This document shows, piece after piece, positions 1-8,675 of a stretch of 32,000 nucleotides of DNA; position 1 is the stretch's first letter, and each line of letters begins with the position of its first letter. Both the position numbers and the translations under genes were made by a program. The notes under the pieces are model-generated. The model was given only the letters and a program-made list of their open reading frames with translations, did not search any database and was not told the origin of the DNA. This stretch comes from Nitrosospira multiformis ATCC 25196. Its GTDB lineage: Bacteria > Pseudomonadota > Gammaproteobacteria > Burkholderiales > Nitrosomonadaceae. Location of the stretch: positions 300,001-332,000 of the forward strand of contig NC_007614.1 in NCBI RefSeq assembly GCF_000196355.1, given 5' to 3'.

Positions 1-167
1 GAGTAAACAGGAAGGGGTACCATTTCACCGCCGCTTGCAATTGTTTTCGGCTCTTTACTCAGGAGGACGTCATTAAGCTGAACGCAACCCGACCGGCTTT
101 GCACCGATTTGTCGACATATCGGGTTTATCCTGGTTAAAAGTAGGCTAATTATCTGAATCTCCCGTT

Positions 168-1526
168 TTGAACACACTTCCAGATCCAGAAAGTAACATT
201 GAGGGCATCCATCGCTTTCGACGCCGCCACAGAATTGCCGCTCCCTTGTTTCAGCTCCTCGATTCGCATGTTTTCCTGCCGGCGTGTTTCATACTTTTCG
301 TGGCATTGCGCGTAGCCCTGATTTTCTTTGTGCCCGTTGAGATGACTTCCGATGCAAGCTGGTACTTCAACAGAGCGGTTGGCATAGCGAGCGGCGGCGG
401 CTATTCGGAAGCGGGGTATCCGACAGCCTATTGGCCGGTTGGCTATCCCGGCTTTCTTGGTATCCTTTTCTATCTTTTCGGTCGGGATCAATTGGTAGGG
501 CAGATAGCTAATTTGGTTATGGCAGCCCTCAGTTTTTTTCTGCAACTGGAGCTGACACGAAGAATTTTCCGGAGCGAAGCCGCTGCCCGCTTGGGCGTCC
601 TCCTGCTTACCCTATATCCGAATCATGTAGCTTATACGTCTTTTATCTTAACCGAGGTTTACTTTACCTTTTTACTGCTTCTTGGCGTATACCTCTACAT
701 CACAAGGAGCCGATGGTTATGGATATGGGTTTGCGGCATTGTCTTCGGGCTGGCCGCGCTGACCAAACCGCAAGCAGTGTTCTTGCCTGGTCTGCTGGTG
801 CTTTTTCACGTATTCAGCGCCGAGAGAAAGGATAGGCTGAGGCAGCACCTCATCAAGGGATTTGCAATCTATCTTGCTATGGCTATGGTGCTGGTCCCCT
901 GGGCGGTGCGGAACACGATGATTTTCGGGGAGCTCGTCCTGATTTCCACTAACGGAGGGGCAACGCTCCTGACCGGAAATCATCCCACAGCCAGCGGAGG
1001 CTATGAGGAAAACGATCCGCTGGTGGCCCAGCGCAATTTCTCGGTTCAGGATCAGGTGGAATCTGACCGGCGCGCAAAGAAGCTGGCAACCGATTGGATA
1101 AGGGAAAACCCCGTGCGGTTTGTAGAGCTTATCCCTCTGAAGATATGGCATCTGTGGTCCAGAAATGGCGAAGCGGAGTGGGCCTATCAGGCGGGGTACC
1201 GGTACTATGAGCAGTATAGCGGCGCGTTCCGAACCATGAGGTGGATAAATCAGATCTTTTATGCTCTGCTGCTTGTGGGCTCGTTCGCGGCAGCTTTCCT
1301 GTTGATAAGGCATCCCGATAAAGTCGCTTGGCCGTGGGTGCTCGTGGGATACTGCCTGATGATTTACCTGACCTTGATATCGGTGGTCTTTTCCGGGCAA
1401 CCCAGGTTTCATTTTCCGGCCATGCCATGGGCCATCATGTATGCAGCGTGGGCAGCCGTGATGATCACGGTGAATCAGACCCGGGAACGGTATGACGCCT
1501 ACGTCTCCAGAACATCGGATTTCTAG
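168..1526 (+). CDS. Multi-pass membrane glycosyltransferase, ArnT/GT39 (GT-C) like
   Basis: 452-aa ORF with TTG start; N-terminal TM helix followed by an acidic loop (FVPVEMTSDASWYFNRAVGIA) and 'YPTAYWPVGYPGFLGILFYLFG', then many hydrophobic segments, typical of GT-C dolichyl-phosphate-mannose/ArnT-like proteins. Confidence 0.8.
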   Translation: MNTLPDPESNIEGIHRFRRRHRIAAPLFQLLDSHVFLPACFILFVALRVALIFFVPVEMTSDASWYFNRAVGIASGGGYSEAGYPTAYWPVGYPGFLGILFYLFGRDQLVGQIANLVMAALSFFLQLELTRRIFRSEAAARLGVLLLTLYPNHVAYTSFILTEVYFTFLLLLGVYLYITRSRWLWIWVCGIVFGLAALTKPQAVFLPGLLVLFHVFSAERKDRLRQHLIKGFAIYLAMAMVLVPWAVRNTMIFGELVLISTNGGATLLTGNHPTASGGYEENDPLVAQRNFSVQDQVESDRRAKKLATDWIRENPVRFVELIPLKIWHLWSRNGEAEWAYQAGYRYYEQYSGAFRTMRWINQIFYALLLVGSFAAAFLLIRHPDKVAWPWVLVGYCLMIYLTLISVVFSGQPRFHFPAMPWAIMYAAWAAVMITVNQTRERYDAYVSRTSDF

Positions 1527-1732
1527 AGCTGCAACCGTTTCCAGACGAACAGGCACGTGCTTGACGGATGCGCTCCGTCCGGTAAAGAGGCGGATAATTC
1601 CGATCTTTCCAGGTCTTCCCATTGCAATACGTCTTCACCTGGAAAAGTAAATTAAATCATCTCCACTTGAAGCTGTAATTAAGTAGAATTTGACCCGGGG
1701 CACCAGAAGATGAAGGAATCGGATCTGATCAT

Positions 1733-2683
1733 ATGCCATTGGAAATCAGCATTGTCTCCACCATGTACCGGTCGCGGCCGTTTCTTGACCGGTTCCTTGC
1801 CGAATCCCTGCAAGCCTTGTCTGCGATCAAGTGTGACCATTTTGAGATATTGCTCGTCAATGATGGCTCGCCGGATGAGTCCCTGGCTTACGCGCTCGAA
1901 CGCCGGAGAGACATCCCGCAACTCGTGGTGGTTGATCTTGCGCGGAACTTTGGGCATCACGCTGCTATACAGGCTGGATTACGGCATGCACGGGGAAATC
2001 TCGTTTTTCTCATCGACTGCGACCTGGAGGTGTCGCCGCTGGTGCTGGCAGAGTTTTATTCCAAACTACGCGAGACCAAATCCGACGTCGTTTTTGGCTA
2101 TCAGGACGTACGCAAAGGCGGGCGGTTCGAACAAATCAGCGGCGGTCTGTTCTGGAAGGGATTCAACCTGCTCAGCGATGTAAAGATTCCTGAAAACATT
2201 CTTACGGAACGGATCATGACGCGCCGTTACGTGGAAGCGCTACTGCAGATGGGCGACCGGAATCTTTTTCTCGGTGGTATGATGAGCTGGACAGGTTTTC
2301 AGCAGATCGGCCTGCCTGTCGTCAAGAAACAGCGTGAAGGCAGAAGCACATATACTCTCCTGCGACGTATCGGATTGATGATCAATGCAGTAAGTTCATT
2401 CTCCGCCCAGCCTCTGATCTGGCTGTTCAACATAGGCGTAGTGATTACCCTGCTGAGTTTCTCATTTGCATTCTATCTTGTATTGCGAAAGCTACTGTTT
2501 GACGACACCCTCATGGGTTTCACTTCAGTAATGACCATGATGATGCTCAGCCTCGGTATTCTCACCACGGCAATGGGCCTTGTTGGTATCTACCTGGGGA
2601 AGGTGTTCAATCAGGTGCAGAACCGTCCCAATTATATCGTGAGAAATATTTTTACCGCTGATGATCAACCTGCAACCGATTGA
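1733..2683 (+). CDS. GT2 family polyprenyl-phosphate glycosyltransferase (ArnC/GtrB/DPM1-like)
   Basis: 316 aa; 'EISIVSTMYRSRPFLDRFLAESLQAL', 'LLVNDGSPDESLAYA', 'VVDLARNFGHHAAIQAGLRHARGNLVFLIDCDLEVSP', plus two C-terminal TM helices as in GtrB/ArnC. Confidence 0.92.
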   Translation: MPLEISIVSTMYRSRPFLDRFLAESLQALSAIKCDHFEILLVNDGSPDESLAYALERRRDIPQLVVVDLARNFGHHAAIQAGLRHARGNLVFLIDCDLEVSPLVLAEFYSKLRETKSDVVFGYQDVRKGGRFEQISGGLFWKGFNLLSDVKIPENILTERIMTRRYVEALLQMGDRNLFLGGMMSWTGFQQIGLPVVKKQREGRSTYTLLRRIGLMINAVSSFSAQPLIWLFNIGVVITLLSFSFAFYLVLRKLLFDDTLMGFTSVMTMMMLSLGILTTAMGLVGIYLGKVFNQVQNRPNYIVRNIFTADDQPATD

Positions 2684-2780
2684 CAGGACAGTAACGCGGC
2701 GTCCTTCTGATTTAGAATGAAGAGCAAGGGATAATTAAAAAGCTCGTGCTCCATTTCTGCTTAAATAAAGGAAGATATTC

Positions 2781-3497
2781 ATGAGCCTGGAAAATGAGCA
2801 GGATCCAACCGCATATGATCGCACTTATGTCCTGGATAACCGGCTAACCCTACAGTGGTATCCCCAAAGAGTCGTTGCGATGGCGCAAACAGGCAGCATG
2901 TTGGAACTGGGCTTGGGGCATGGTTACTCCACCGAATATTTTGCAAAGACTTTTCAGCGCTACCAAGTGATTGAAGGCTCCCAGGAGATGATTGACCGTT
3001 TCAGAGAACACTTCGCAATCGAGGGCGTTGATATCGCGCAGGGGTATTTCGAGGATTTCGAGACTGACGAACGCTTTGATGCGATTGGCATGGGTTTTGT
3101 TCTGGAGCATGTGGACAATCCGGCTGCGATTATACGACGCTATGCGCAGTTCCTTTCTCCAGGCGGATCCATTTATATTGCCGTCCCGAACGCTGAATCC
3201 CTTCACCGGAGGCTGGGGCATGCTGCCGGCCTGCTTCCCGACATGTATGCTTTAAGTTCAGCCGATCTCGAATTCGGCCATAAGCGTTATTTCTCTCTGG
3301 AATCGCTGGTTGAAATGGTAGAGGGTGAGGGATTGGAGATACGCAAGGTTGAAGGCCTCTTGCTCAAGCCGATCACGACGCAACAGATACTCGATTTGAA
3401 TCTCAGCGAAGCAATCTTGCAGGCCATGCTCAAAGTAGGCGTTGATTATCCCGAGCTATGCAACTCTTTACTGATCCAGGCGAGCAAGCTCCGCTAG
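2781..3497 (+). CDS. Class I SAM-dependent methyltransferase
   Basis: 238 aa; motif I 'MLELGLGHGYSTEYFAKTF', 'FDAIGMGFVLEHVDNPAAIIRRYAQFLSPGGSIYIAVPNAES'. Confidence 0.9.
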   Translation: MSLENEQDPTAYDRTYVLDNRLTLQWYPQRVVAMAQTGSMLELGLGHGYSTEYFAKTFQRYQVIEGSQEMIDRFREHFAIEGVDIAQGYFEDFETDERFDAIGMGFVLEHVDNPAAIIRRYAQFLSPGGSIYIAVPNAESLHRRLGHAAGLLPDMYALSSADLEFGHKRYFSLESLVEMVEGEGLEIRKVEGLLLKPITTQQILDLNLSEAILQAMLKVGVDYPELCNSLLIQASKLR

Positions 3498-3548
3498 CAC
3501 AGGCGTCCAGCGCCATCATAAAAACCTGAACTGGCTGCGTAACAGGAA

Positions 3549-3974
3549 ATGCAATTTTCAATGCAGGCGTTCGCTCTTCGCTTCCACCATTTTGGTCTGG
3601 CCAGCAGACGGCCGGAGCAGACGCTTAAGTTCCTCAAGGGGTTGGGCCATGAAGTGGCTAGGCAGGTCTACGACCCGCTGCAAAACGTGAATCTCTGGCT
3701 GTGCCCCCATTCTTCCATGCCTACTGTGGAGTTGGTCGCGCCTGCGGAGGGGCAGGGTCCCCTGGATGCAATCCTCACCCAAGCGAGCGAAAGCATTTAC
3801 CATCTCTGTTATGAAACCGAAAATCTCAAAGCCAGTCTTGAAGCCTTGAAGGCAGGTGGATTCCGCGTAATTTGCGTATCACCTCCAAAACCTGCAATCC
3901 TCTTCGATGACAGACGGGTCAGCTTCTATATGATTAAGGATTTTGGCATAATCGAATTGCTGGAATCCCGTTGA
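3549..3974 (+). CDS. VOC (glyoxalase/methylmalonyl-CoA epimerase-like) family protein
   Basis: 141 aa; 'RFHHFGLASRRPEQTLKFLKGLGHEV..YDPLQNVNLWLC...TVELVAP' and 'YHLCYETENLKASLEALKAGGFRVI' match the VOC fold repeat pattern. Confidence 0.8.
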   Translation: MQFSMQAFALRFHHFGLASRRPEQTLKFLKGLGHEVARQVYDPLQNVNLWLCPHSSMPTVELVAPAEGQGPLDAILTQASESIYHLCYETENLKASLEALKAGGFRVICVSPPKPAILFDDRRVSFYMIKDFGIIELLESR

Positions 3975-3989
3975 CGATATCGGAGAAAA

Positions 3990-5768
3990 GTGTTTACAGC
4001 AGTTTCCTCATTCCCCGGGGATATTCCCCCGACCCTGTCGGATCTTATCAGTACCTCCGATACCATGGATGCCGCAATGTCCTCTACGGCTCCCGCATAT
4101 CGCTTCGGTTTCTTACGCAACGTAACGCTGGAAGGAATTGAGCCTTATCTGCGCTACCACATGTTGAGGATGGGACTGCGGCCTGAGCTGATCTTTGGAG
4201 GTTATGGATCCATCCGTCAGGATCTGATATTACCCGACTCACCCTTGGTCAAATATTGTCCAGATCTTCTAGTAACGGCGTTTATGCTTGAGGAATTGGA
4301 TCCGCATTACGGTCTCCCCGGGTGGAACGCATCCCATTGCCGGGAGGAGTTGAGTACTATTTTTGACGCCTTGGCGGCCAGCGACGCCCCCACCATCAGC
4401 CTCAATACGTTCATCGTTCCCTTTCGCTCGGAGACTGGCACACTCATCGCGGCTCAGGACATTGCGAGCGAGGTCATCAGACTTAATGATTTTGTCCGGA
4501 CCTTTGTCCGTGAGCACAGCCCGCGTTTCTGTATAATGGACTGGGACCGGCTTGCCCACCGTATTGGCGAGGCCGAGGCCATGGACTACCGGTACTGGTA
4601 TATTTCCAAGGCCCCATTCAAACGATCCTTTCTCGATGCCCTGGCGCGGGAATTAACGAAAGTTGTGCTTGCCCTCAAGGGGCATACCAAGAAATGCCTG
4701 GTCCTGGATTGTGATAATACGCTTTGGGGCGGCGTTGTCGGAGAGGATGGCATTGAAGGTATCCATCTGGATGGTCATGATTATCCAGGGCGGGCGTATT
4801 ACGATTTTCAGAAGACTGTCCTCCAATTGGCCGAACGTGGCGTATTAATAACGCTTTGTTCGAAGAACAACGAACAGGACGTGCTCGATGTCCTCGACAA
4901 GCATCCCTGGAGCCTGCTCAAGCGCAACCACCTGTCCGGCTTCCGGATCAACTGGGACGACAAGGCTGCCAACTTGGTCGAGTTGGCAAAGGAGCTGAAT
5001 CTCGGTCTCGATGCTTTTGTATTCGTGGATGACAATCGGCGAGAGCTGGAATTAATACGACAGGTACTTCCTCAAGTGACAACCTTGCAAGTGCCGGACA
5101 GGCTCTATGAATACCCGGCATTGCTACAGCGAGATGGACTGTTCGATACGTTGATAACCAGCCAAGAGGATAAACTGCGAACCAGCCTTTATCAGACCGA
5201 AGCGCAGCGCAAAGCCGAACGAAATCAGCATCCGGATTTGGAGAGCTATCTTTTATCGTTGCAATTGGTGGTGAATATTCAAGTTGCAACCGACCGGGAG
5301 GCAATGCGGGTTGTACAGCTGACCCAGAAAACGAATCAGTTCAATTTAACGACCCGGCGCTATTCCGACCACGATATTGCACGGTTTCGCTCATCCAAGG
5401 ACGCCTGTGTCTATACCTTATCCGCCAGCGACCGTTTTGGCTCTCTTGGATTGGTAGGCGTATTTATAGTCCAACGCCGCCAAGAGACCGCCGTGGTCGA
5501 TTCCCTTTTGATGAGTTGCAGAGCGCTAGGCCGCCGCCTTGAGATAGCCTTTGTTCTGGAGTGCATGCGGCGTGTTGTAGCGGATTGGGGAATCCTCGCC
5601 TGGGAAGCAGAATACCTGTCCACAGCAAAGAACAGTCAAGTAGCGGATTTCTGGAGTACCCTTGGTTTTGCTCTGCTGGAACAAGCGGAAGGATACCGGC
5701 GCTATCGTTTGCAGGCCGCCATGCCAGAGATCGATCCACCGAGCTTTATTCATATTGAAAGAGAGTAG
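3990..5768 (+). CDS. HAD-IIIC family phosphatase / FkbH-like protein
   Basis: 592 aa with GTG start; HAD motif 'KCLVLDCDNTLWGGVVGEDG', 'GVLITLCSKNNEQDVLDVLDKHPWSLLKRNHLSGFRINWDDKAANLVELAKELNLGLDAFVFVDDNRRELELIRQVLPQV' is diagnostic of FkbH-type proteins. Confidence 0.95.
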   Translation: MFTAVSSFPGDIPPTLSDLISTSDTMDAAMSSTAPAYRFGFLRNVTLEGIEPYLRYHMLRMGLRPELIFGGYGSIRQDLILPDSPLVKYCPDLLVTAFMLEELDPHYGLPGWNASHCREELSTIFDALAASDAPTISLNTFIVPFRSETGTLIAAQDIASEVIRLNDFVRTFVREHSPRFCIMDWDRLAHRIGEAEAMDYRYWYISKAPFKRSFLDALARELTKVVLALKGHTKKCLVLDCDNTLWGGVVGEDGIEGIHLDGHDYPGRAYYDFQKTVLQLAERGVLITLCSKNNEQDVLDVLDKHPWSLLKRNHLSGFRINWDDKAANLVELAKELNLGLDAFVFVDDNRRELELIRQVLPQVTTLQVPDRLYEYPALLQRDGLFDTLITSQEDKLRTSLYQTEAQRKAERNQHPDLESYLLSLQLVVNIQVATDREAMRVVQLTQKTNQFNLTTRRYSDHDIARFRSSKDACVYTLSASDRFGSLGLVGVFIVQRRQETAVVDSLLMSCRALGRRLEIAFVLECMRRVVADWGILAWEAEYLSTAKNSQVADFWSTLGFALLEQAEGYRRYRLQAAMPEIDPPSFIHIERE

Positions 5769-5776
5769 GCATTGAT

Positions 5777-6013
5777 ATGTCTGATATAGAGAATCGCACC
5801 CGTGACGTTATGGCGAAAGTCCTGCAAATCGCACCGCAAGATATCTCTCCGGACATTTCACGTAAGAATCTTCCCGCGTGGGACTCACTCAAGCACATGA
5901 ATCTGATACTGGCCTTGGAGGAGGAATTCGGCATCGAGTTCAGTGACAAGGAAATAGCCGATCTAAACAGCCTGCACCTTTTAGTGGACGCTTTGCGGAC
6001 CAAGCATTCATGA
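5777..6013 (+). CDS. Acyl carrier protein
   Basis: 78 aa; phosphopantetheine attachment motif in 'LPAWDSLKHMNLILALEEEFGIEFSDKEIADLNSLHLLVDAL'. Confidence 0.93.
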   Translation: MSDIENRTRDVMAKVLQIAPQDISPDISRKNLPAWDSLKHMNLILALEEEFGIEFSDKEIADLNSLHLLVDALRTKHS

Positions 6014-6690
6014 ATGGTCAGTCCGATAGGCCTTTAGTCATCTTCGGCGTGGGAGAACTGGCCCAGCTGGCCTGCTATTACTTTACCCATGATAGCCCCC
6101 GCCGCGTCGCTGCTTTTACCGTAGACCGCACCCATTTCCGGGAAAATCAATGCATGGGGCTACCGGTGCTTGCCTTTGATGAGGTAGATACGCGCTATGC
6201 GCCCGAGGAATACGATATGTTTGTGGCCTTGGGCTATACCCGACTAAATCGGGCCAGAGCCGAAAAATGCGTGGAAGCCAAATCCCGTGGCTACCGGCTG
6301 GCGACATATGTCAGCAGTCGAAGCGTGACTTGGCCCGATCTGATCGTCGGCGAGAACTGTTTCATCATGGAGGGAAACGTAATTCAGCCCTTCGTGCGAA
6401 TAGGCAACAATGTCATCATCTGGTGCGGCAGTCTTGTCAGTCATCACGTCGAAATTGACGACCATTGCTTCATCGCTGCTCACGCAGTCATCTCGGGTCA
6501 TGTAAAGATAGGTGCTCACAGCTTCATCGGTGTAAACGCAACCCTACGCGACAAGATAACTCTGGCGGAGCGCACTCTGCTCGGTGCGGGTGCTCTGGTC
6601 ACCGCCAGTACTGACGAGAATACCGCGTACCTCACTGCACCCAGCCAGGAAGCTGGCGTACCCAGCCATCGGCTGCAATCCTTGCTCTAG
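6010..6690 (+). CDS. NeuD/PglD-like sugar O-/N-acyltransferase (left-handed beta-helix)
   Basis: 226 aa; N-terminal 'PLVIFGVGELAQLACYYFTHD' Rossmann-like segment, C-terminal hexapeptide repeats 'VIQPFVRIGNNVIIWCGSLVSHHVEIDDHCFIAAHAVISGHVKIGAHSFIGVNATL'. Overlaps ACP stop by ATGA. Confidence 0.88.
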   Translation: MNGQSDRPLVIFGVGELAQLACYYFTHDSPRRVAAFTVDRTHFRENQCMGLPVLAFDEVDTRYAPEEYDMFVALGYTRLNRARAEKCVEAKSRGYRLATYVSSRSVTWPDLIVGENCFIMEGNVIQPFVRIGNNVIIWCGSLVSHHVEIDDHCFIAAHAVISGHVKIGAHSFIGVNATLRDKITLAERTLLGAGALVTASTDENTAYLTAPSQEAGVPSHRLQSLL

Positions 6691-6702
6691 CAGAGCCATA
6701 TC

Positions 6703-7431
6703 ATGCAAGCCAGGCACAATAAAGTTGCCATCCTGCAATCCAATTACATCCCCTGGAAAGGCTACTTCGATCTCATTCACGACGTCGACCTGTTCATTTT
6801 CTACGACGACGTGCAGTACACCTTGAGAGACTGGCGCAACCGAAACAGGATCAAAACTCCCCGCGGGGTGGACTGGCTAACGGTGCCTACCAACGGTACC
6901 CGGCAGCATTTGATCTGCGAAGTCGAGTTTACCGACCCAAGGTGGCAATCGAAACATTGGGAAACATTGCGGCACAACTATGGAAAGACGCCTTATTTCG
7001 AACGCTACCGGCCGTTTTTCGAGGATGTCTATCTGGGCAGGCGATGGGACCATCTCTCTCAGCTGAATCAATATCTCATCGAACAAATTTCGCATCAATT
7101 CCTGGGCATTACCACGATTTTTGCAGATTCGCGCCGTTATAGAGCCACAGGGGAAAAACAGGCGCGCATAGTCGATCTGCTAACCAAGGCGGCTGCCTCG
7201 CTTTACGTTTCGGGGCCAGCTGCCAGGAGCTATATCGATGAAGCGCATTTTTCCCGGATCGGCATCGAACTGGTGTGGAAGGATTATGGCGGCTACCCGG
7301 AATATCCGCAATCTCACCCTCCCTTTGAACATGCCGTTACCATATTGGATTTACTGTTTCATACCGGACCGGAGGCGCCCTATTACATATGGGGATGGCG
7401 CGCCAACGTCGACTCAAACAACGATAAATGA
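6703..7431 (+). CDS. WbqC family protein
   Basis: 242 aa; 'KVAILQSNYIPWKGYFDLIHDVDLFIFYDDVQYTLRDWRNRNRIKTPRGVDWLTVPT' is a WbqC-family N-terminus. Confidence 0.93.
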   Translation: MQARHNKVAILQSNYIPWKGYFDLIHDVDLFIFYDDVQYTLRDWRNRNRIKTPRGVDWLTVPTNGTRQHLICEVEFTDPRWQSKHWETLRHNYGKTPYFERYRPFFEDVYLGRRWDHLSQLNQYLIEQISHQFLGITTIFADSRRYRATGEKQARIVDLLTKAAASLYVSGPAARSYIDEAHFSRIGIELVWKDYGGYPEYPQSHPPFEHAVTILDLLFHTGPEAPYYIWGWRANVDSNNDK

Positions 7432-7793
7432 TAAGTTATTTTTATATTTTTCTTACGATTGTCTTTACCGTTTACGGACAAATCGTGCTTAAGTGGCAGG
7501 TCATCGGTGCCGGTGAATTTCCAGCGAGCGCGTCGGACAAGATATTGTTTTTGGCCCGGCTCGTGCTCAATCCCTGGGTCATCAGCGGTTTCCTGGCTGC
7601 ATTCCTTGCATCGCTGACCTGGATGGCAGCAATGACTAAGCTGGAGCTGAGCCATGGTTACCCTTTCATGAGCCTCAATTTCGTATTTGTAATTGTTTTG
7701 AGCAATCTGCTGTTCCATGAAGCGATCACGATGCCGAAAATGCTCGGTCTGGGTTTGATTATCCTCGGCATCGCAGTCGGGAGCCGGGGTTGA
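7428..7793 (+). CDS. Small 4-TM SMR/EamA-type transporter (ArnE/ArnF-like)
   Basis: 121 aa; four hydrophobic stretches; 'FAAFLASLTWMAAMTKLELSHGYPFMSLNFVFVIVLSNLLFHEAITMPKMLGLGLIILGIAVGSRG' typical of SMR-like flippase subunits. ATGA overlap with upstream gene. Confidence 0.85.
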   Translation: MISYFYIFLTIVFTVYGQIVLKWQVIGAGEFPASASDKILFLARLVLNPWVISGFLAAFLASLTWMAAMTKLELSHGYPFMSLNFVFVIVLSNLLFHEAITMPKMLGLGLIILGIAVGSRG

Positions 7794-8668
7794 AAATCTG
7801 CTTGTCATGCAGCGCCAGATTTACCGATTCCGGGTGGCGATGTCCCGTTTGCTTCTCGACCCCCGAGCAGGTGGATGGGTTTCTCAGTTTTGCGCCAGCA
7901 CAGGCGAAATCTGATGAAGGATTTCAGCCGCATCACTTCAATGAGCTGGCGCAAGCAGAAGCGGAGCACTTCTGGTTTCGTTCGCGCAATCGACTCATCA
8001 TATGGGCGTTACATCGTTTTTTCCCGGATGCCAGGAAATTTCTTGAAATCGGTTGCGGAACAGGATTTGTGCTGTCGGGCATAGCACAGGACAATCCCCG
8101 TCTCGAAATCAGTGGAAGCGAGATTCATTCGGCGGGCTTGAGTCACGCGGCAGATCGCGCAAGGAACGCCACACTGTTTCAAATGGATGCCCGCGATATT
8201 CCTTTTGATAGCGAATTCGATGTCATCGGTGCTTTTGATGTGCTTGAACACATTGAGGAAGACTCGCAGGTATTGTTGCAAATGTTTCGCGCCATCTCAC
8301 CCGGGGGAGGTATGATTGTCACCGTGCCCCAACACCGTTTCCTGTGGAGTCAGCAGGATGAGCATGCGTGTCATGTTCGACGCTATGAAGCTCAGGAACT
8401 GCAGGATAAGGTGGAAAAGGCGGGATTTCGGGTGGAAAAGGCGACATCGTTTGTATCGCTGCTGTTACCTCTGATGTTCATATCGCGATTGTCCAAACGC
8501 AAACCTGTCGAGAACTATGACCCGACACAGGAGTTCAGGATCAAAAAATGGGTAAACACGATTCTCGAGGGAATCCTTGATCTGGAACGTCTGATGATTC
8601 GCGGGCGAGTCTCATTTCCGATGGGCGGGTCGCGATTGCTGATTGCCCGAAAACCAGCAGGGGCGTAA
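7790..8668 (+). CDS. Class I SAM-dependent methyltransferase with N-terminal Cys-rich (zinc-ribbon-like) segment
   Basis: 292 aa with TTG start; 'CLSCSARFTDSGWRCPVC', motif I 'FLEIGCGTGFVLSGIA', 'FDVIGAFDVLEHIEEDSQVLLQMFRAISPGGGMIVTVPQH'. Confidence 0.9.
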   Translation: MKICLSCSARFTDSGWRCPVCFSTPEQVDGFLSFAPAQAKSDEGFQPHHFNELAQAEAEHFWFRSRNRLIIWALHRFFPDARKFLEIGCGTGFVLSGIAQDNPRLEISGSEIHSAGLSHAADRARNATLFQMDARDIPFDSEFDVIGAFDVLEHIEEDSQVLLQMFRAISPGGGMIVTVPQHRFLWSQQDEHACHVRRYEAQELQDKVEKAGFRVEKATSFVSLLLPLMFISRLSKRKPVENYDPTQEFRIKKWVNTILEGILDLERLMIRGRVSFPMGGSRLLIARKPAGA

Positions 8669-8675
8669 TCACCAT

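Noticed and set aside
150-545. 131-aa minus ORF and similar antisense ORFs (e.g. 717..1622 minus, 11544..12347 minus, 12121..13134 minus)
   Set aside because: All lie antisense to ORFs with clear family motifs and show low-complexity R/P/H-rich composition without recognisable motifs; typical shadow ORFs.
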